Below are positions 26,941 to 58,572 of a stretch of DNA of 58,572 bases, piece by piece. Each line of letters starts with the position of its first letter. Within the stretch, counting starts at the first letter, position 1. The DNA is from Macrostomum lignano. Taxonomy: Eukaryota. The translations under genes and the position numbers were made by a program. The notes below the pieces were generated by a model that was given only the letters and a program-made list of their open reading frames with translations, did not search any database and was not told the DNA's origin. The DNA lies in contig NIVC01002385.1 in NCBI GenBank assembly GCA_002269645.1, forward strand, positions 1 through 58,572, given 5' to 3'.

Positions 26941-27680
26941 CAAGTGATGGAGTAGAGAGACTGGGGCAATTTTCAGCTTGCCAGTTACTCAGCTCGAGTC
27001 GTTGCTGAGCAGCAAATCAATGCCGCATCGACCAGCGAGCGACTCGAACTCTGCGCCATTTAATTTCACTGCCTGGCGATGATTGACAGGTGAACTGTAA
27101 GTTGTTGCCTGGCGATGATTGACAGGTGAACTGTAAGTTGTTAAGGAGAATTTCTTAAAACTACTTTCAGTTCACACTGACAAAAACTCCCGCAGGTGAT
27201 TGAGTAACTGCCAGACTGCAAGATCCTACAGGTAGAATTTTTAGGACTAAGGATTATATCGGCTGCTATGCTAATCATTATAGGCGGTGGTCGAGACCGT
27301 CCTGCTGTACAACGCCGAGACCTGGTCGCTGATGGACTCGCTCGAAGATCGCTTCAAGAACAGCGACGAGCGAATCACCAATGCGACATGCATCGCTGCG
27401 CCGGCCTAGTCCGTCCAAGCGAACTGTTGCACCATCGGCGACCGCACCGAGTCGCACTGCCCGCAGCCGGTGAAGGAGGTGCTGCTGACGCTGCAGGCGC
27501 CCTACAGGCGGGGGCGGGGACAGGGGCAAACTCGGAGTTTCCTTGACTGCCTGATGGCTGACACCTGCGCCGTGGATTATGTCGGCGGCGCGGCTTGCGT
27601 TCGCGCCGAGGCCCTGAGGCGCCACCCTGTGACGCTGCTCATGTTTTTGGAAGACCCAAATGACAGCATAGTTTTCTGCT
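26941..27680 (+). mobile_element. Dispersed repeat copy 2 with a longer RTE-like LINE 3' fragment
   Basis: Same leader and junction as copy 1; continues into VKEVLLTLQAPYRRGRG..CAVDYVGGAACVRAEALRR. Confidence 0.7.
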
Positions 27681-28009
27681 AAGTGAGTTCTGATTGACAC
27701 TGACAAGCCGCTACCTGCAGTTCATATTGAAATCCGTGTTAAACTTAGCAATCAAGGCACTTCAAGCAGCTAAACTCTTATTATTTATTGCATTCAGAGA
27801 CATGGCACACCATGGTGTGTACTGCTGTGCGAGCAAGAGGGTATAAGGAAACAGAATCAGACAAAGCATGCATCAGACAGTTGCCAGATACTTGTGACAC
27901 AAATCTGAAAGCCCGGCATACAAGTCCATACAGTTCCTACTGTACTACTCTCCGGGAGCAAATGATGTGAATGTTAATACGGGTTTAAATGGGTTTATAG
28001 GGTTACGGT

Positions 28010-28250
28010 GCCAGTAACTGAGGATCTGGGAGGCTGGCCCAGCAACTGAGGATCTGGGAGGCTGGCCCAGCAACTGAGGATCTGGGAGGCTGGCCCAGCA
28101 ACTGGGGATCTGGGATGCTGGCCCAGCAACTGAGGATCTGGGAGGCTGGCCCAACAACTGGGGATCTGGGATGCTGGCCCAGCAACTGAGGATCTGGGAT
28201 GCTGGCCCAGCAACTGGGGATCTGGGATGCTGGCCCAGCAACTGGGGATC
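28010..28250. repeat. 28-bp minisatellite just 3' of the ABCC stop codon
   Basis: (CAACTGAGGATCTGGGAGGCTGGCCCAG)n. Confidence 0.9.
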
Positions 28251-28325
28251 TGGAAGGCTAGCGGCAGCCCTGCAACGCACGCAGCCCCAGAGCAGAGCAG
28301 GATGCAGGCAGGCAGAGGCCAGCGG

Positions 28326-51125
<22,800 letters not shown>

Positions 51126-54100
51126 CTAAAATATACCATTTTTTAGAAAATTTAATTTATCGGGAATATTTATTTAGACAAAGAGTAAATTTGGTTAGGA
51201 TTATTTTTCATCCTAACCCAAAATTGAGAGCCACAGAAAAGCAAAAATCCAGTAGTATAGTTTTCTGGCTGTGCTTTGCACACAGCATCCAAAGGTGACA
51301 TCTGAAATGAAAGTAAAATCTAAAGTTAATATATTTTAGTTCCTAGTAGAGATTTGCATTATAATATATAAAATAGGCCTATGCTATTTTTATAGCTTTT
51401 GATATACATTTTAGTTTCAAAATCAGGAATTCAAACAAATACTAAAGTTTAGTCTAAACAAATAAACTGAGCATTATATTTATACAAGAGCTATTAGTAA
51501 TAGACTACTAGATATACACTCATACATAAGTCAAAGTATTATACAATGCTAAACAAATTGATTTTAGTACACACTTTTTTACCTTTTTAAATTATAGCAT
51601 GGGGCAAGTTTTTTTCTGTCAAGGCAGATTTTTTCTTATACGGTTTCTTACTATTTACTCATTGATAAACAAATGAGCAAAGTTTCATTAATTTAGGCCT
51701 ATTTCTAAAAAATAATTTTAATATTAATATGTATCATTAAGGATTGGATATACTACTACTAGTCAGAATCAAAACATTAACTAACCCTATATCCATGAGC
51801 TAGTGCTTGAAATCATTTTTTTTATTTAAACCTATGGCTATAATTTGGATTCCCGCAATAATATTTTGGTGAATATAACTAAATAAAAAACTAAAAGCTT
51901 GAAGCTTAATTAAGAGTTTCGAATCTTGGGGGCCTAGGTTGGATCAAGTACTAGTGACTAGTGGGCTGTGAAAAAAATTCTTCATAAATGTATAAAAACA
52001 GAAAGAAAAACTACACAAAATTACACTAAGAAAATCGAAAAGACCATTTTAATGTTTAGAAGTTACTTCTCAAATAAATATATACTAAAGGTAAAGCTTG
52101 CCTAAATTTTACCTTGATAAAGTAATAAAATTAAGTAAACAAACAGATTCTGTTATAAAATACAAGATTTGTCTGAGTTTTTTCTAATTTAAAGTCTAAT
52201 TTCATTAGTTCTTTACGAACTAAGACTGCACGTGCTTGCAATTAAAGAATAACTTTGCGCATGTCAAAATTAAGCGGCTAAACCTCTTATGAGTAGACTA
52301 ACAAACACTATGATAGAATCTAATTCCCATGCTTTTAATCCATATACTAAAGTTGAACCTAATTTTCTAGAATATCCGCAAATTGTGCGTGCATCTGTCG
52401 CGACTCGCATGCGCATAGACGGATCATAGTTGTCCTTGGCCACAGATATCAACCGGATAAATTACCGTTAGAGCCGCTATTTTTGGTATACCGGAGGAAT
52501 AACGCCAGTGTTATTCATCCGGCGCCAGACAAATAACGCTAGCATTATTTTTCCAGTACCGGACAAATAACGAGGGCCTTGTCCAAATGCGTACCATCAG
52601 TTTTCTGCGTTTACGATAAGGGTCTGTCTCAATGTGAGAGCGTTTCACCGCATGAAGATTTAAGGCAGATTTTGAATTTATATGTATGACTACATATATT
52701 AAAGACTTCTGTTGACTTTTTGAAGAATACACTGTATTTTAATTATTTACTAGAAAGGTCATTAAAATGTAGTTGATCTTTAAAAGAGAACATTGGTGCA
52801 ACGAGGGGCGAGAGCAGGCTGCCCCCTTCGGAGGAGACCCGGAAAACTTGTAAGGGGGCAAGCGATATTGGACCACAATAACCCTCCAGGTCTTGAGCTG
52901 TCTGGTCTCTCTGTGCTTCACCGAATTTCTGGTTGCGCCACCAAAAGAAAAATATTCGTAATTCATACTCGTCCTCATTAATTGCAAACATTAAGAATCA
53001 ACTCAAAGCCCCGACAGCCAAAATCAGCAAAGAACAAAGGCTTATTTTTGAAAAATTCTCAATACGATGTCGGAATAGCGGACAGTGAGACTTAAATGTT
53101 TTGTTTGGTACGTGAATCGGCCGAGTACTTGCTATATTTACAACTAGGAAACAAAACGAACAAAGGGCTACAGAGGGAGCTACAACCGCGCTGGCGAGCC
53201 GCATCACAAAAAACACGCCAAGGATTAACACACGATTTTACATGTTTTCCAATTGTGCTGCAAACAGAGAAAAACGCTAAACAACAATTAACACCGTTTT
53301 TGGGGCGAAATGAAGAAACGGAAAAAGCGGCGAGGAAGTCTAGAGAAGAGACAGTTGGTTGCTGCGGGGCCAATTAATGCAGTAAATCGAAAAGGATGAG
53401 TCTGAGAGGTGCAGGATCGACCGGCTGGCAGCACAGCGTGTTGTTTCAGATTCGGTCACTGAGTGGCTGCTCAGAGGTGCGGCTGCCCTAGCTGCTCAAG
53501 CTATAGCTATTAAAATGGTGCATTACTATTAGTAGTAGCAGTAATTAATATGTAAGAAAGCGGCACAGCAAACAGTTCAATCATTAAAAATATTTCACGT
53601 GGCAAAAGGCTGACTGGAAGATAGGGGCAGTCCGAAGTAAGTAGTAGCTAAAGTAGTGAACCTGTAAAATTTGTCATGCCGGCCGTAATGACGGGTTGAA
53701 TAAGCGGAAGATTTGAGAAGAGAACAGAAAAGCCAGAACTCTGCGGGCAAAGCAATAACTGCAATAAATTAAGGGCGATGAGGAGCGAGGAATCAAAAAA
53801 GGCTGGCACTGCCGATCGCTGCTCTCTAGCGAAACAATTTGCAAAAAAATTATGAATATGAGTAACAAATAATAAATAAACACGCGGCTACTGTATTGAT
53901 AATGCGAGAGGCGGTATTGGGTGGCTACTCGGGTGCAGACAGGCAGCTACTTGAACTATTGCAGAGCAGTACATTGGGAGGCTGCCGTGAGCAACGGACA
54001 AACATGGAGACTGGAAAGTTTATGCTGTGTTAACACAAAATTGACAACAAGGACGAGGCGTTCGAGTTTTTCAGACAAAATAACAGATAAAAGAGAAATA

Positions 54101-54506
54101 AGCTTGTCTGTAGCCGGCCGCCTATGTACACACTGGGAGGCGGGCCGCAGTGAGGAAGAAGAGACGCAGGACACAAAAAAGCTTCTTTCTCGGATCGGCA
54201 ATTGAAACACGGAGACAGCGGCGGGCACGGAAATGCATTCGCAGTGCTGCTGAGACTGGGGGGGGGGGCTTCTGAGATCTAAACGGAGATTTTGGTGAAA
54301 GTGGCTTGGCTTTAAACTGCATTGACCGGGCAGGGACCAGCAGGGGGGCTCGCAAAAAGTCGCGCGAACAGCAAAAACGGGGCCGGAAAGGGGGGGGCGA
54401 TGCACAGTTCGCGCGGTTGGAGCATACGGTATTGGCTAGCAAAGGCTGCCGCGGGCAACTGAGGATGGGCGCTGCGTGCGGGGCATCCGGCTGCCGCCCG
54501 GACCTG

Positions 54507-55335
54507 CGCTCCGAGCCTACTGGTCTTTGTTCTAGAGCGATTTTGCATTGTGCACTAAGCCTACTAGTCTTTGTTCTAGAGCGATTTTCCATTGTGCACT
54601 AAGCCTACTAGTCTTTGTTCTAGAGCGATTTGCCATTGTGCACTAAGCCTACTAGTCTTTGTTCTAGAGCGATTTGCCATTGTGCACTAAGCCTACTAGT
54701 CTTTGTTCTAGAGCGATTTGCCATTGTGCACTAAGCCTACTAGTCTTTGTTCTAGAGCGATTTGCCATTGTGCACTAAGCCTACTAGTCTTTGTTCTAGA
54801 GCGATTTTCCATTGTGCACTAAGCCTACTAGTCTTTGTTCTAGAGCGATTTGCCATTGTGCACTAAGCCTACTAGTCTTTGTTCTAGAGCAATTTGCCAT
54901 TGTGCACTAAGCCTACTAGTCTTTGTTCTAGAGCAATTTGCCATTGTGCACTAAGCCTACTAGTCTTTGTTCTAGAGCGATTTGCCATTGTGCACTAAGC
55001 CTACTAGTCTTTGTTCTAGAGCAATTTGCCATTGTGCACTAAGCCTACTAGTCTTTGTTCTAGAGCAATTTGCCATTGTGCACTAAGCCTACTAGTCTTT
55101 GTTCTAGAGCAATTTGCCATTGTGCACTAAGCCTACTAGTCTTTGTTCTAGAGCGATTTGCGATTGTGCACTAAGCCTACTAGTCTTTGTTCTAGAGCAA
55201 TTTGCCATTGTGCACTAAGCCTACTAGTCTTTGTTCTAGAGCAATTTGCCATTGTGCACTAAGCCTACTAGTCTTTGTTCTAGAGCGATTTGCGATTGTG
55301 CACTAAGCCTACTAGTCTTTGTTCTAAAGCGATTA
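54507..55335. repeat. 44-bp tandem repeat, about 18-19 copies
   Basis: (GCCTACTAGTCTTTGTTCTAGAGCGATTTGCCATTGTGCACTAA)n, head-to-tail with no spacers. Confidence 0.96.
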
Positions 55336-56658
55336 AGAACTAGCTAGTCAAAGACGAGTTCTAGAACTAGTCTTTGTTCTGAAGGCTAATGCTTCTCTAC
55401 TTTAAACCCACTAACCTCTAACAAGACAATAGTGATCCTACAAGGCTTTTAAATGCAGTCCGTTATCGTTTAACATGGAGGGACTAAGATTGCTAGTCTT
55501 TGTTCACGGGGGCAGCCAGAGCCGCAGTGTCGCACGCAGGCCCAAACAGTCCGGTAGGAAATGCACTACCGATACAAAAGAGACGCACATCTGCTAACGA
55601 AACACAGACGGTTTTTGTGGCATTTTAGTCTGCGCGCAGAGCTTATTTAATTATGAATGAAACTGTAAACGTGGAAACGCAGGTGTAAAAAATACTTAGC
55701 AACTCAGTTGGCAGGGATTCAACTCTACACAATAGTCGGGCATTGGTCTGCCGCCTGTCTCCGGCTGTGAGCGGGCGGCACTCTGCTAGCTGAAAGACTC
55801 TGTAGCGATACGGTACTGACGCTGGGTCAACAAGTGCAGGTACGGGGCGGCGAAGGCTTGCACAGTAAAATTGGACTCAGGCGAAATGGGAAAAATGAAT
55901 GGACGAGCGGCACACATTACTGCCGCAGTGGCTATACTGGAGGCCGATTGCAAAAAGGAAGGTAGACACGTCTGGCTAAAACACTGGAGCGGGGGGCGGC
56001 AGAGAAAGCATTGGCCTGCGGACTGACAGATTTATAGTGAACAAGCCGGTGCCGGGGCGGTCAACAGGTAAAAAAAGAATAATATTAAATTACTAAAAAG
56101 CCTAATGAGGCAAAGCGACTCTCTGAGCTAATATTTCTAGCTAAAATAACTGAAACTTTTCTGCATAGCAACGGTTTTGTTTACCTTGGATACAAACACT
56201 TGCAAGCTAAAAGTTCTACTAATTAATTGAAATTGAGAACTTAGATTAGAAAATAGAGAAAGAGGCTGGTTGCTAGGCGTTTATACAGTTGCTATGGAAA
56301 CACACCAATAAAAGTTTGTTAGGGCAATCTCGCAGCTCATATATAAAAAATCATGATTTGAAAGAGAATGAAACAGTCGGAACCGGTTAAACAGACGGTG
56401 CGAGAGAAATTGCTTTGGATCAAGTTAGCAGTCAGGAACGGGCAGACAAAACAGAAGCATCGGCGGTCACGTGCTCACAATTTAAACTCGCGCCACAACT
56501 ACAAATTAGGTGCCTACTTCTGAAGTTCTAAGAAAACTAATAGAAACTAGTTAAAATTACTTCTAGATTTATTTTCCTTGGCGCCAATTCAAAACTGAGC
56601 CCAGCATTAGCAGAGAACAAGTCACGTGACAGAGTGAGTCGGCGGGGCGGCCCGGGTC

Positions 56659-58572
56659 TCAAATCGGGTCCATGTCCGGCCAGACACCAGCCGAGCCGCC
56701 GCCGCCGCCGCCACTCCAGCCGCCGGGGGCCGGTGCCGAGTCCATCTGGATGAGGCGCTCAGCCTCCTGGACGGTGGCGAGGGTCAGCTGCTGGGCCAGA
56801 CTCAGCAAGTTCTTGTGAGCCTTGTCCGCCTCGTCATGCGAGCTGAACTGGATCAGCGCCCACAGGTTGGCGGGGTGCACCTGCAGGCGGTGAACCCGGC
56901 CCTGCTGGGTGCAGATTTTGTTCAGCACATCCCGGTTGAGCTGCGGGCTGAGCTGGCGCATGAACAGGCAGCAGCGCTGGCCGCCCATGCTCGGCTGCTG
57001 CCAGACTCCGCCGCCGCCGCCGCCGCCGCCGGCGCCGCGGGTGCGAGAGCCGCCGCCAAGGTGCTGCTCCAGCGACTCGTGGCTGACGGAGAACAGGCCG
57101 CCGCCAACCGCACCACCAGCGCCCCCGCCGCCTTGACCAAACGAGATATCGACGTCGCGACCGACTCCGCCGGCGCCGCCTGCAGAGAGCAGAATAGGAG
57201 ATGGAAGCAGGGCTGCGTTAATATTAAATAGGAGAAACTTTCGACTAAACTACGTTCCAGTTATTGTAGTACTATGCGAAATATAGGCTTCCATTTATTT
57301 AAGGGAAAACCTTCGCAAGATAGTGTCAGGAGCCAGGGAAACAGGTCAGGAGGCAGGAAGAGATGGGTTAGGAGCCAAAGGGAAATGGGTCAGGAGCCAG
57401 GGAGAGATGGGTCGGGAGCTAGTGGAAATGGGTCAATGGGTCAAAAATTGGAAATGGGAAATGGGTCAGAAGCCAGTGGGAAATGGGTCAATGGGTCAGA
57501 AATGGGAAATGGGTCAGAAGCCAGTGGGAAATGGGTCAGAATCTAGGAAGAGACGGGTTAGGAGCCAGTAGGAAATGGGTCAAGAGCCAGGGAGAGATGG
57601 GTCAGAAGCCAGAGGGAAATGGGTCAGAAGCCAGGAAGAGATGGGTTAGGAGCCAAAGGGAAATGGGTCAGGAGCCAGGGAGAGATGGGTCGGGAGCTAG
57701 TGGAAATGGGTCAATGGGTCAAAAATTGGAAATGGGAAATGGGTCAGAAGCCAGTGGGAAATGGGTCAATGGGTCAGAAATGGGAAATGGGTCAGAAGCC
57801 AGTGGGAAATGGGTCAGAATCTAGGAAGAGACGGGTTAGGAGCCAGTAGGAAATGGGTCAAGAGCCAGGGAGAGATGGGTCAGAAGCCAGTGGGAAATGG
57901 GTCAGAATCTAGGAAGAGACGGGTTAGGAGCCAGTAGGAAATGGGTCAAGAGCCAGGGAGAGATGGGTCAGAAGCCAGAGGGAAATGGGTCAGAAGCCAG
58001 GAAGAGATGGGTTAGGAGCCAGTGGGAAATGGGTCAGGAGCCAGAAAGAGATGAGTCAGGAGCTAGTGGGAAATGGGTCAGGAGCAAGGAGAGATGGGTC
58101 AGGAGCTAGTGGAAATGGGTCAGGAGCAAGGGAGAGATGAGTCAGGAGCTAGTGGGAAATGGGTCAGGAGCAAGGGAGAGATGGGTCAGGAGCTAGTGGA
58201 AATGGGTCAGAAGCCAGTGAGATGGGTCAGCAGCCAAGGGAGAGTGGATCACACTAGTTAAAAAGCGAATATCTTATCTAAATATACGCTCGTGGACTCC
58301 CGATTCAGCTCCATCTACTCCAAGTAGTCATATCAGCGAGCCCACAGCTCACCGACTCCGGCCACGCACCAGCCCACGCTGGCCCGCACGAACTCCGGGA
58401 TGCCGTCCATGACGCCGGGAATTCCGCCGGCACCGGCGCCCCGATTCGCGCCGCCTCCTGGCGCAATCTCGACATGGACCGGTGGAAGGCTGGGTGCGGG
58501 CCGCCCATCAGGTTGGGGTTGGACAGGCTGGCATGCAAGCTGCGACTGCTGCTGCTGGCCGGGCGCCCGCTG
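56659..58572 (-). CDS. TNRC6: 3' end of a GW182/TNRC6-like gene; exons >58572-58353 and 57179-56659
   Basis: RRM CLFMRQLSPQLNRDVLNKICTQQG..WALIQFSSHDEADKAHKNL parallels the GW182 RRM (WLVLKNLT..LRTLCMQHG..ALxxYxxREEAxKAQxAL). Flanking Gly-rich GVW/GGW motifs; upstream DGIPEFV; phase-1 junction. Confidence 0.6.
57340..58235. repeat. Intronic degenerate AAATGGGTCA-based repeat with higher-order duplication
   Basis: Direct inspection. Confidence 0.9.

Noticed and set aside
52270-54600. Candidates for the ABCC first exon among short ORFs
   Set aside because: None gave both an MRP-like FC...W start and a phase-0 donor; left unassigned.
54507-55335. 44-bp partly palindromic repeats resembling a CRISPR array (also 12395-12635)
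   Set aside because: Units are head-to-tail with no unique spacers, there are no cas genes, and the context is eukaryotic.

Overview
Eukaryotic animal DNA with GC-rich exons and minisatellite-filled introns. The style suggests a Macrostomum-like flatworm long-read assembly, which is an inference only. The main host gene is a long-type ABCC/MRP transporter on the minus strand (15 exons mapped, 51125->28326). One of its NBD1 introns carries a 10,822-bp Polinton/Maverick (33755-44576) with AGTAGT termini, ~155-bp TIRs and a perfect 6-bp TSD (ACCCAC). The element encodes an integrase with a 112-nt spliceosomal intron, minor and major capsid proteins, an adenain protease, a packaging ATPase, a DEDD exonuclease and a pPolB remnant truncated at both ends. 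It also encodes what I judge the most unusual feature: a two-repeat TATA-binding-protein homolog facing a PC4/Sub1-like gene, both behind CCAAT+TATA promoters, i.e. a candidate element-borne Pol II transcription-factor module. Most frameshifts in the element are single missing bases, and the same defect occurs in host genes, so they may be assembly errors. Other content: an R3H/AN1 zinc-finger gene resembling the IGHMBP2 C-terminus, two paralogous secreted 8-Cys proprotein genes I cannot assign to a family, a low-complexity ORF ending in a RHIM-like motif, the 3' end of a GW182/TNRC6-like gene, two MITEs with 8-bp TSDs, RTE-type LINE fragments and many tandem repeats. No rRNA, tRNA or CRISPR arrays were recognised. 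All homologies are by eye from remembered motifs; no searches were run.
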